A DNA stretch of 64,000 bases, from assembly GCF_000981445.1 (NCBI RefSeq), contig NC_027218.1:1798001-1862000 (forward strand), in the 5' to 3' direction. Below the pieces are notes generated by a model. That model had not been told where the DNA came from. It did no database searches and worked only from the letters and a program-made list of their open reading frames with translations. The stretch's first letter is position 1, and the number at the start of each line of letters is the position of its first letter. The DNA is from Babesia bigemina (Eukaryota). A program made the translations under genes and the position numbers. Shown here one piece after another: positions 46,401 to 57,151 of this stretch.

Positions 46401-46843
46401 GATGCCCATTTTCTGCACGTCGCTCAGGTGCTTGATGTTGTTCAGCTTGTCGATCTCGTACTCGATGGGCAGCCCGTGGCAGTCCCACCCGAAGCGGCGC
46501 TCCACATCGTGGCCCGTCTGGTACGCATACCGCGTCACCACGTCCTGCGGAGTGATGAGAAACACCGAAAGCCGCAGCGCCAACCTTGATGGTACCCGCG
46601 AGGATGTGGCCGTAGTGCGGCAGCCCAGTGGCGAACGGCGGACCGTCGTAGAAGGTGAACTTGGGCCTACCGCTGGCAAGCTTGTTGGCGGTGTGAAACA
46701 CGTCGATCTCCTTCCAGTGCCGCAGGATCGCCTCCTCCTCCTTGGGGAAGTCGACCTTCTCATCCACTGAAACAGTTAGTACACGCGCCAGAAAGGCACA
46801 CACCTGGCAGGAAAGTGGCGCTGGCCGCGGATCCTTGCGCCAT
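43478..46843 (-). CDS. IARS1: Isoleucyl-tRNA synthetase, cytosolic type, multi-exon
   Basis: [67 protein letters not shown] and [10 protein letters not shown]. Confidence 0.96.
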
Positions 46844-47123
46844 CGCGCTGTTCAAACGGACACCGGCAGCCGCAGCTGAAAATGAAAGGGCTGCAACAGG
46901 GCGGCGCCGACGGAGGGAAGGCGGCGGAGAACGTTGCAGCGAAATCAAGAAACTCCCTGCAGTAGTGAAATGTGTATGCCGCACGCAGGCGCGGAGCATA
47001 AGTAATGGACGCCGGTGGAAGGCAGCGCCCCGAGCGGCACTGGCGCCTGACCCCAGCGGAAATGGGAATAACACCAGCCCTGGCGCCCCGCACTTTGTTT
47101 CGTACAGCAAGGCGTACAATACG

Positions 47124-48377
47124 ATGTCAAAGGTTATTGCCGCGCTGCTCATAACCCAGGTGGCGCGCGCGCTCTGCCTCAGGGTGTCTGGAGGCGCACA
47201 GCAGCAGCGCGCAGGCGCTTTCGTGCTGCCTTCCACGGCTATTCACGCCGAGCCGGCGCCCAAAAGGCCGTTACGACACGGCGCGGAGGCGGTGTCCTCG
47301 TCGAACGAACCGCTGCCGCCGGTCAAGGGTTAGTAGACAGCCTTCCACGGCGCTCATCCTTACGCAGCCTACGTGCCGCCACTCGCGCCGGGCGACCTCA
47401 AGTACATGAACCAGACGCTGCACGGCGATTTCAGACCCGCCAACAACTACGTGCTGATCGTCAAGCAGGAGGCTCAGGAGTACTCGGCCGGAGGCGTGTA
47501 CATCGGAAAGCAGGTACGCCAGATGGACTGCACCCACAGCGCACGCAGCCAAACAAGGAATTCGCCGGCCGGGTGCTGGCAGTGGGACCGGGAAGAGTGG
47601 TGCCGGAGACAGGGTGAGTTTGTGCCAGTGGCAGACCCACGGCGGCACCGCCGCCAACAAACGGCGTTGAGGCTGAGCCTGGCAGAATAAACCTCTGTCC
47701 TGGGGTATGATACACAGCGCTAAAATAAGCGGCGGGTGCAGAGAGGACCGTTTGCGTTCCAGCACGTCCGCCGGACAGTGCCACTCCCAGTGCCGGCAAC
47801 ACACCCAAAGCCACACCCAATCATGAGCATGCAGTGCCGTCATACCGATGACCGTCAAGGTCGGGGACATGGTGCTATACGACCCGCCAACTGAGGAGCC
47901 AGTGGTTAGTGGGACCAGCCGCAGCCGTCATCGACCGCAGATCACGTACAAGAACCAGCAGTGCGTGATGGTCACGGAGGACCAGATATACGCCCGGATC
48001 GAAACTGACGGGCTTTCGCCGCGGCCGCTGAGCTCTGCAGACATCAGGCCGCTATCGGACAGGTGATGCGTTAATGTGGCCCCCGTATATGCATTTGCCG
48101 CAGGCTGCTGGTACGCATCATCGACAGCCCGAAGAAGACGCAGAGCGGACTCGTGCTCGCTCGCGCGAATGAAACCGACGGCACCATTTTCCGCGCAACA
48201 GTGATATCGGCAGGGCCAGGGGAGTACACGCAGGACGGCAAACTACTGCCGGTCACCGAGTTCAAGCCCGGAGACACCGTGCTCTTCTCCGACGCGGCGG
48301 CAGACGGCGGCGCCTTCGATTTGCACCGCACCCAGCACGCCTTCGTCCGCCGTCGCGCGATACTCGCGCGGGTGTGA
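47124..48377 (+). CDS. CPN20: Apicoplast co-chaperonin Cpn20 (tandem GroES domains), multi-exon
   Basis: Signal/transit-like leader followed by two GroES repeats (FRPANNYVLI..GRVLAVGPG..VKVGDMVLY; IRPLSDRLLV..SGLVL..VISAGPG..KPGDTVLF). Confidence 0.85.
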
Positions 48378-48551
48378 GCAATGCAGCTGGCTCGGCCGGA
48401 CGAAGGCCAATGTGTGTGGGTGCCACGCAACCGCGTGTAGGCGCCCTCCGAGTCGGCGCACGGCCGACGCTCACCGACTGCCCAGTCCTGTAAAACGTGT
48501 CTAACCAATACGGTTGACTGCAATGCCAACACTAACATCGCCTTAATTTTT

Positions 48552-50363
48552 ATGACCATGGAATCTGTCGGGGATGGTGGCGCGGAGGCTCCTTCCGTCG
48601 ACGCCGGGGCGGCGGCGGACGACGGGAGCCTCGTGGCCAACCTGAGCACCGAAGATTACGACAGGCTCTCCGCGTTCTACGGCCCGGAGCTGTACTCGAT
48701 GGTCGAGGACGAGAAGCACCGCGAAATCGTCGAGCGCAACTCTGCGATGCGTGTAGGTACCAGGCAGGAGACCACGCCATGCTGCGCAGGAAGCGGTCAA
48801 AGGGCTGGGGAAGGTGAAGCTGGGGGCCAGGTCGAAGCTGGATGCGCCCTGCGAATTCATCAACATCCCCCGGGAGAAGCTTAGACAGGACAAGGACACC
48901 TCGGCGAAAGGTTGGTGGCCAATCGTGTTGAGCTTACGGCGGCAGGTGCGAACCAAAAGAATCTGGTGACGGTGCTGGGACTCAAGAAGCTGTACAACGC
49001 GCTCTACACCCCGCGCGTGCCATTCAGGGTGAAGCTCGACGTCGAGCTTGCCAAGCTGCTGGAGTGGATTGCGCCCAGCGACGAGGAGCGGGCCCACAAA
49101 GAGAAGGTTAGGCGCACGGTCGCGGAGCTTACACGCGCAGGTGCTGCTACAGCTGGAGCTGCTCATTTCAGCGCTGTTCCCAAACGCAGTTATGCACGTA
49201 TTTGGCTCATGTAGGTGACCAGCTCCGGCGGGCCAGCACATTCGCAGATGCCACAGGACTATCGCTACCAGGAGGCGATATCGACGTCTGCATCCAGACG
49301 ACCGAGGACGAGCTCTCAACGCTCAAACTCTTGGTATACGCAATGAGCAAGATGGACCTGCTGCACTCGTTCGAGTGCATCTTCAACGCCAAGGTGCCCG
49401 TGGTCAAGGCCATCGACAAGGCGACAGGTAGAGCCCCCGCACGCTTGATACCGACGTCGTTCAGGGGTTAAGTTGGACATTTCGATCTGGCAGCAGAATG
49501 CAATGGACACCACACAGTTCATCAAGGACAAGGTCGGTTATACCTAGGCGCCTAGATAAGTCGCGCAGTGCGAGCAGTACAAGTACATGCAACCGCTCAT
49601 CCTGCTGATCAAGCTTTTCCTGCAGCTGCGCAACCTCAACGACACGTACATCGGGGGCATCGGCTCGTACCTGCTCTACTGCATGGTGCTCAGCTTCCTG
49701 CAGCTCCACGTCTCCAGCTGCAGCCGCAGCAAGGACGAGGAGAACACCCTGGCCAGCCTCTACGTGGACTTCTTCTACTACTGGGGGTTCCTGCGGGACT
49801 ACAACCAGTTCGCCACGACGGTGCGCGGGTTCGGGCACGTATTCCCCAAGAGCCTGCTGAGCAGCCGCGACACCGCGCTGCTGGCGTGCGAAAGCCCCCT
49901 GGAAACATCCGTTGACATCGGAAAGAACGCATTCAACATGGGCAGCGCGCGGGCGTCGTTCCAGAACGCATTCTTCGTGCTCATGGAGAAGCAGAACATG
50001 TCCGGAGACCGCGGCGGCGGCTCCGGCGCCCACGACCGCCAAGACTGCATCCTCGAGGCCCTCTACGACCCATCGCACCCTATCTTCCAGCACAGGTCGG
50101 AAAGCACGATAAAACGAACCATGCACCAGTCGTACGACTACCAGAAGCTTGCCTCCCCAGAGAACTCACTGAAGGAGGTCTGCGAGCACCTGCGCCGGAT
50201 GGCCGACAACGCAGAGTCGGCTGGCACGGCAAACCGACAGAAGCCGCTCGCGGCATCGGTATCGCACAAACCGGACGACGGTACGGCCGGCGACGAACAG
50301 AAATCGCTGCCCTTCTACGTCATCGCCGACGCAGTCACCAGGGAGTTCTACAGCACGGACTGA
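48552..50363 (+). CDS. Non-canonical poly(A) polymerase, Trf4/PAPD5-like, multi-exon
   Basis: Spliced FGSYATGLSLPGGDIDVCI, AKVPVVK, LDIS and LQLRNLNDTYIGGIGSYLLYCM. Confidence 0.88.
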
Positions 50364-50386
50364 CGCTGCACGGGTGTAGCATAACT

Positions 50387-50905
50387 TTAAATCAGATGTT
50401 TCTTTGCGATGCGCTGCACGCGCAGGTTAAACTCGCGTGAGACGATGAGCCCGTTCGGTGGGTAGAGCGGGTTGTATAGGTACTTGCAGTACAGCTCGTG
50501 CACTTCCTTCAGAAAGGCCCGGACCGAGTCGCACGACGGCGGCGGCGGGAGCGGCGTCGACTGCCCAGCGGCAGACGCAGGCAGCGTCCACGTAGCAGCG
50601 CGCGTCACCAACAGGAAGCGGACGTGGCTCGTGCTCACGAACGCCCACACAGCCAGACAGTCGAACACATCCACCTCCTTCAGGTACATGGAAGGGTTGG
50701 TCCACACCAGCTCGTCGATCACGTCCAGCGCCTGGTGTGCGACGAACGAAGCGAGGTGTGGCGGGTCGGGCCGCCAACCGGGAGTCGAGAGGTCTTGAAT
50801 CAGCAGCGGCCGGTCGTCCCGGCTGACGATTATCAGCACGAGGATCTTCGACTTCGGCTCCGTAGCGTACGCGTCCGGCGCCGAGACCGGCTCCAAATCG
50901 GCCAT
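50387..50905 (-). CDS. TRAPPC2: TRAPP complex subunit 2 (Trs20/sedlin)
   Basis: FVAHQALDVIDELVW..MYLKEVD..VWAFVS..RFLL..FLKEVHELYCKYLYNPLY. Confidence 0.88.
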   Translation of the reverse strand: MADLEPVSAPDAYATEPKSKILVLIIVSRDDRPLLIQDLSTPGWRPDPPHLASFVAHQALDVIDELVWTNPSMYLKEVDVFDCLAVWAFVSTSHVRFLLVTRAATWTLPASAAGQSTPLPPPPSCDSVRAFLKEVHELYCKYLYNPLYPPNGLIVSREFNLRVQRIAKKHLI

Positions 50906-50984
50906 TTATCGTGTAGCTATAATATTAATGCGGTGTCACATGGCGGCGCGAGTGTGTAGCAGGAGCGCCCTGCACGCCGCGACA

Positions 50985-53513
50985 TCAGGCTTTCTTCACA
51001 GCCAGCGGCTTCTTCAGCTGGAATTTCGGCTTTATCGCAATCGGCACCAATGGTTTCTTATCGTCTGCGCCCGCAGGAGCGTCGCCGGAACCCGCCGGCT
51101 GCGGTGGCGGCGCGACCTTCGGAGTGATCCCGGCCGGCGCTGTCTTAGGTGTAACCGCAGGCAGCGCAACCTTGGGCGCGATTGATTTCATGGCGTTCTT
51201 GGGTGAGATTCCGCCATCTGCTGTCTTCGGAGCGACAGCTGGCGCTGCCGTCTTAGGCGCTAGCAACGGCAACGCAGTCTTCGCCGCGACACCCAGCGTC
51301 TTGCCCTTCGGCGCAATCAGCGGTCCCTTGGTGACAGCGGCGGGCTCCTTAGCAGCAGGTGTATCCGCCGCCGGTGCCGACTTGGTGGCGACCTTTGGCA
51401 CGATCGCCTTCGGCGCGGCGGCATCGGTAGTCGGTGCGGTCTTCGGAGTGGCGGCATCGGTAGTCGGTGCGGTCTTCGGAGCGATGCCCAGCGGCGCCTT
51501 GCTTACCCCCTTGGGGGCCAACAGAGGCGCCTTCTTGGCCGGGACGAACTCAGCCTTCGGAGCCGCAGCTGGAGCTGGCGCCGGAGCCTCGGCGGGCTCG
51601 GGTGTAGCAGTAGCCGGGGCTTTAGTAGGAGTAACCGGAGCTTTGGTAGGAGTAGCCAGAGCTTTGGTAGGAGTAGCCAGAGCTTTGGTAGGAGTAACCG
51701 GAGCTTTGGTAGGAGTAGCCAAGGATTTAGTAGCAGCCTTGGTGGCTACGGACGGAGGTTCAGCCTTGGTCGTTAGCGGGGTCTTGAAAGTAACCTTGGG
51801 AGTCAAAAGAGCCTTGCCAAGGGGCGCCTTCAGGCCAACCTTTGGCGTTGCCGGGGCGGTGTCGGGCTGCGGCGTTGAATCTGCCGACGCGTTGGACTTG
51901 CTGGCCACCATAGGCGCCGCCTTGGTTGGGAGGGCCTTGGAAGCGGCAGCTTCAGGAGCGGGCGACTTGGCCTTGCTGTCAGCAGCCTGTGGCAACGATG
52001 ATTTGCCCAACAACGGTGCCTTGGTGATGGAAGGCGTGGCTTTGGGGGCAGCGTCCGACGGTGCTGCCGCCTTGGATGGCGCGGGTGACTTGGCCGCAGC
52101 GGCCGCCGGTTCCGTGGACGCTGGTGCCGCTTTGGCAGGAGCGCCCAATGGCGTCGGCTTGTTGCTCTTGAGGAACAGCGGCTTGCGCAAAACAGCCTTC
52201 TGCTTGGGCTGGAAGGGCGAATCCGCCGGCGTTGATGGCGGAGCTGTGGCGCGTGTTGGCGGCAGCTTAGACTTCACCTCGGGCTTCGACACCGACGGCG
52301 CCTTGTTGGTGGCGGGCGCGGCGGCGCTGACCTTGTCGGGGACCGTAGGTTCAAGTTGCGATGGTTTGTTGGCGTCCGCAGGGGGCACCTGGCTCATCAT
52401 GAGCTCGTCGGTGCGGCGGATGAAGTTCACGGCGGGCAGCTTCGCGCCGTCGGGGATGCCGCGCACGCTGACGATCAGGTCGCCGCAGTGGTTACCGCCG
52501 GCGTCCATGATCTGCCACGGCTCGCGCGAGTTCAGCGTCCTGTTGTCGACAATCGACATTTGGCAGCTACCCAGCAGCACGTTGCCGGAGTACACGTCCA
52601 GGATCAGCATGGGCAGCACGTTGGGGATGCGCGGCGGCAGCTGCTGGACGGACACGCAGCCGTCGACCTCGATCACGCCGGACGCGTTGTCCATGGGACG
52701 AGCAGTCACCTTCATCACGCGAGACGGCGTCGACAGCGCAAACTCGGCCGTCTCGTTGTCGTAACGGAACGCGCAGGAGTAATATCCGGTCTCGTTGGTA
52801 AACTTGCTGCTCTTGAGCATCAGCTGGTGCACGGTCACCGACAGCCCGCGCAGCTGTGCGGACGGCGTGGCAGGCTCCGTTGACGATGGCATCGGGGCTG
52901 GTGCCGGAGCTGCGGGCGTCGGCAGGGGCTGTTGATCGAGCGCGTTGCCGACATGGGGCATCGACGCGTAGATGGCGGTGTAAAGCGTGTTCAGCCTGAC
53001 GTCCAGATCCCTGCAGGGGTACAGGTACTCCAGAAATAGCCGCAGAAACGCCGCGCGGTTCTGGCTCTGCAGGGTTGCGCAACTGCCGATACCAACGAAC
53101 GCCTGCACCAAAGTGTCCAACTGGTTGTACAGCAGCTCGATCTTGTCGATGGTGGAGCGGATTTTCAGAGGCTGCCCAACCAACGCGCGTATCTTGCCGT
53201 CCAGGTGCTCGATCTGGGTGTTAGCCTCGGCCAGCTTCCTGCGCTCCTCAACCAGCTCCTGCTCAAGGCGGTACGCCGTAGCCTCACTTTGCCTGCGCAG
53301 CTCGCGCTCACGGTTGTACAGAGTGAAATAGTTGCGCATACGCTCTTCCAGGTCGTCCAGCATGTGCTCAATCACCTCGGGCGCCGGCCTGTGGCGGCCG
53401 AAGGGCACGTTGCGGGTGAGCACGGCACGGTTAGGCACGCGCAGCTTCGACGACCTCCCGGAGAGCTGCTGCCAGGGGTCCTGGCTCCCGCCGGAAAATC
53501 CGATATCCGACAT
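50985..53513 (-). CDS. Coiled-coil + C2-like domain protein with long Pro/Ala/Lys/Thr-rich tail
   Basis: N-terminal heptad region; C2-like LILDVYSGNVLLGSC..W.IMD..CGDLIVSV; low-complexity C-terminal half. Confidence 0.7.
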   Translation of the reverse strand: MSDIGFSGGSQDPWQQLSGRSSKLRVPNRAVLTRNVPFGRHRPAPEVIEHMLDDLEERMRNYFTLYNRERELRRQSEATAYRLEQELVEERRKLAEANTQIEHLDGKIRALVGQPLKIRSTIDKIELLYNQLDTLVQAFVGIGSCATLQSQNRAAFLRLFLEYLYPCRDLDVRLNTLYTAIYASMPHVGNALDQQPLPTPAAPAPAPMPSSTEPATPSAQLRGLSVTVHQLMLKSSKFTNETGYYSCAFRYDNETAEFALSTPSRVMKVTARPMDNASGVIEVDGCVSVQQLPPRIPNVLPMLILDVYSGNVLLGSCQMSIVDNRTLNSREPWQIMDAGGNHCGDLIVSVRGIPDGAKLPAVNFIRRTDELMMSQVPPADANKPSQLEPTVPDKVSAAAPATNKAPSVSKPEVKSKLPPTRATAPPSTPADSPFQPKQKAVLRKPLFLKSNKPTPLGAPAKAAPASTEPAAAAAKSPAPSKAAAPSDAAPKATPSITKAPLLGKSSLPQAADSKAKSPAPEAAASKALPTKAAPMVASKSNASADSTPQPDTAPATPKVGLKAPLGKALLTPKVTFKTPLTTKAEPPSVATKAATKSLATPTKAPVTPTKALATPTKALATPTKAPVTPTKAPATATPEPAEAPAPAPAAAPKAEFVPAKKAPLLAPKGVSKAPLGIAPKTAPTTDAATPKTAPTTDAAAPKAIVPKVATKSAPAADTPAAKEPAAVTKGPLIAPKGKTLGVAAKTALPLLAPKTAAPAVAPKTADGGISPKNAMKSIAPKVALPAVTPKTAPAGITPKVAPPPQPAGSGDAPAGADDKKPLVPIAIKPKFQLKKPLAVKKA
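51619..51723 (-). repeat. 21-nt coding repeat x5 (TPTKA[LP][AV])
   Basis: gctttggtaggagtagccaga-type units on the + strand. Confidence 0.9.
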
Positions 53514-53949
53514 CCTTGCACCAAACGGAGAGCGCGTGAACGCCGTATGCCAATTCGCTACGGGCGGTCGAGGCGCGTAGCACGCGGAGGATATCGGCCG
53601 GGCGCTTACACACCTGACTCCAAGACGATGACACAGTTAAAAAAAGTAGCAATGAGCCGGTTCCAGGAGCATCGCGGATCGTGCTGGAACGGTCAATGGG
53701 CTCGTGTCTGAAGACACCGCTCCGAGGGGCACCTCAGGGCAGCAAACCGGTGCCGCCGGGCGTCGGAGGCGCCGGGAGCCCGGAGGCCAGCTGGCGAAGG
53801 CGCGGCCAAACGTTACCAAAGCTTCACTACGTGCACATTAAAACGCGAATTTGTGCAAAATGCCCCGGGTGTAGGCAGTAGTACAGCACCGGGGACACCG
53901 ATCCAGCTGCTACCACGCAGACAGGATCGACGAGCCGTGGGATGCAGAT

Positions 53950-56521
53950 TCACGCATCCCAACGGCGGCCGTAGTGGCGCGGAGCGTCCATGTCGTACGC
54001 GCGATGCCGAGGGCGGTACGCGTAGTCGCGGTCCCGCGACCGGTAGTCCGACGAGTGGTAGTCACGCCGGTCGTGTTCTGGCGCGTACCGCTCGCTCTCA
54101 CGGTACTTGCTGTAGCTCTCGCGGTACTCCGGCGGGTAGCTCGACTGCAGCACGCTCAGCTCGGACCCGCGGTGGCGGGAGCGCTCCGAGTCACGCACGT
54201 AATCACCCAACCGCTGCGTGCGTCGGCTGCAGCCGGAGCGGCTCTCGTACTCATCGTAACAGTCGAACGACCGGTCGCGGTAGACGTGGCTGGAGTGTAG
54301 CGACTCCGCCGTGTTGCCGTCGCTGGCGGTCATGGACGACATGCTGCCTTGCCTCGACAGCGGGCGGTAGTGGTACCAGTCGCCGTCACTGGGATGCACG
54401 TGCGAGTCGTACATGGTGTCACTGGACCAGCGGTTCGACCGCATTGGCGCGTAGTCGCGCGGCTCCTCGTAACGCTCGATCGACGACCTGCGCTTGTAGC
54501 CGTCATCCGGCGGGTACTCTTCCTGGTACTCGCGACCGCCGTGCTCTCGCGCGTAGCCGCCGGTGGAGGCGCGCCGACCGTAGTAGCGACTGTTGTGCGG
54601 CGGAGATTCGTCGTCGGTAGACAGGGCGGGCGCCCTGTCGGAGGGGGCGGAGTGCGGGGGCGTGTTGCCGCAACCCGCGCTGCGACTGCTCGCATTCGGC
54701 AGGTCGCCGAACTGCAGCGTAGTCTGCGTGTCGTTCTTCTTCAGAGGGATGCGGATGCCCTTCAGAAACTTCGTTTTGCGCTTTTCGTTGTAGTTGTCTA
54801 TGAACTCGCGGTACAGGCTGTTGCGGCGCAGCTCGATGGAGTGCTTCTTGTCGACCAGCTTGCCCGTAGGACGCCCTTCGTCGTCGCTCGAAATCGTCGC
54901 CTCCAGCGCAGCGACCCTCGCGCTCTCGACCGGGTTGTTCAGCTGCTTCAGGTGCTGCAGGATACCACCGCGGCCTGACGGATTCACCTCGACCACGTTG
55001 CTGATCAGGTGCGCAGACTTCAACGCCAGCACGTCCCCGCCAGCGTCGATAACGGTAGACCCGCGTTTCGCGACGGACCTCGGGGCCGGCGCATCCGGGT
55101 TCCTGGACTCGCTGGGGTCGGACATGGTCTCTCGACCGGGCACGGGGCCCACCGGACGCGGGCCCACCTCGGTCTGCGACGCCGATTTGGCCGGCGGTTT
55201 AGTATCCAGACACCTATCACGAGCTATTTGCGGGGCTATGGGGTCTTTGGACTGGTGTGAAGACAGCGACGGGCTGTTAATATCGGCAGTTCCCTGGGCA
55301 AGACGCTTCTTGCTGCCTTGTAAAAGGTGAAAGCGCATCAGAGCGGTGGGCGGGTAGCAATGCACGGCCGCCGAGGGGGTCACCGTCGGCGAAGGTGCCT
55401 CGACACCCCGGCGCTGATCACTGCCAGCCCCGTCAATCTGAGTGCGGGGGGCGCTCAGCGCCAGCGCGCCTCCAGAATCCGCAGCACGCGGACGATCCGT
55501 ATTGCCACTGGCAACAGCGCCGGCATCACGCGACTCAGCGGCACGCGAGTCGGCGTGCCTGGTCGTGTCGTCACCGTCGTTGGCATCCTCCGACGAGGAG
55601 CTCAGCGAAACCGCGTCGATGAAGCCATCCTCACCGCTGCCGTCGGTGCCCGCATTCGTATGCGGGGGTTCCTTAAACCCAATCTCGTGCGTTATGGGGT
55701 CGGGGGCACTGTCCACGCTGTCCTTGGTGACGGTGTGCTGGTTGTTGCGGTCCTGGTGTTTAGGGGTGCAGATCTCAACCTCGTCCACGGCGCAGCCACC
55801 GAGCACCAGCTCGTCGCCCTTGATGTAGCGCAAGTCGGAATCCGTCATGGCGCTCTTCAGAATGTCCTTCAGACGGTGCGACAGCGCCTTCAGCGAGTTA
55901 GACGGGCTGCCCTTCTTGCCGGACAGGGTGCTGCCAGCGCCGCCAGACTGCTCCGTGCCCGTGCGCACAGGCGTCCGCTGGGTAGGTAAAATGAACGACG
56001 TGTGCTGAATCGCGCCCTTGTAGCTTAAGTAGCCGCAGTTGTTTAACGACGCTGCCTGGTCGGGGCCAGAGCGGGGAAAAGGCTCGATCTTCCATATGGA
56101 GGCAGCAGCCTCAGCTTGACGGCGCAGCGTCTCCTCCGATAAAAACGCACCCGGCGATTCAGACGGGCACGGAAAAAGCGGACGGCACTCGTCGTAGTAC
56201 ACCCTGCGGAACGGGTCCAGCCGGCTGATCAGCTCAGGCTGGATGAAAATGTTAGGCCTCATGGAAGGTCGGGAATCTGCACAAGGTCAACCAAACAACC
56301 GAACGCGCCCACCTGCAACACGCTGGATGCGACGCACCCCAAGAGGCGCCGCCTCGTTGTCGAACTCGTGGAAGTACAAATTCTCCAGCTTCACCATCGC
56401 GGCCTCGCAGCCGCGACGGATGCCGCGGCCGTTGATCTTGCTGTCTGCTACGAAATGAGCCGTCAAAAAGGCGCAGCGCGCGCCATAAAAACGCGCACGT
56501 ACCTGGCTTTCTTCCCTTCAT
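53950..56521 (-). CDS. Hypothetical protein with R/S/Y/D-rich C-terminus, 3 exons
   Basis: ATG 56521 (MKGRKP). Two GT-AG introns splice in frame into the 770-aa ORF 53950-56262. Confidence 0.7.
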
Positions 56522-57151
56522 TGTGGCGCGGAGTCGAGCGGGACTGTGTACAGGACGCGGCGAGCGGCGCTGTTCAGCATGATGCGCAGCCGTTCCAAAG
56601 AGGCAGACGCCACGGAGCTTGACATGCAGGCATCATCCATATCCGTGCGTGTCGCCTGGGAGCATTTATACACGGACACGATGCTGTGCGCTGCACTGAC
56701 GTCTCCCTCTCATGCAACGTGCCTATGGCGGTGTACCCGCTTCGTGGGGGCGAGCGGCCCTCAGTCGCACGGCACAGACGGCCTCCGCGGCCCTCGCACA
56801 GCTGGATTCTACGCGGACACGCCGGCACACACCCGGAGGGCAGCTGATCCCGCCGGAAGGTCGCGTACGACGCCGCCACGACGATACACACACGGCCCGT
56901 CGCCAGGACAGACACCAACTCAACCCCTGTCTACTGGGTCAAAACGCTTCGAAAGCCCGTTACACAGCGAAATATTGGTTACAAAACGCAGTAGAAGGCT
57001 CGCAACGGAGTGTGCGAACAGACGCTCCGGCTTGCAGCGACGCACATAGAGACTCACAGCCCATAACCACTACACGCGTAGTTAGCCGGTGACAGCACTG
57101 TCACTGCAACTGTCGGCAACTGCTGACCTAAGCGGAGCCTGCAAAGCACCG

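Noticed and set aside
47660..47730. TPP riboswitch in the Cpn20 intron (ggctgag motif)
   Set aside because: Lacks the CUGAGA and CCUGAU core elements, and the host gene is unrelated to thiamine.
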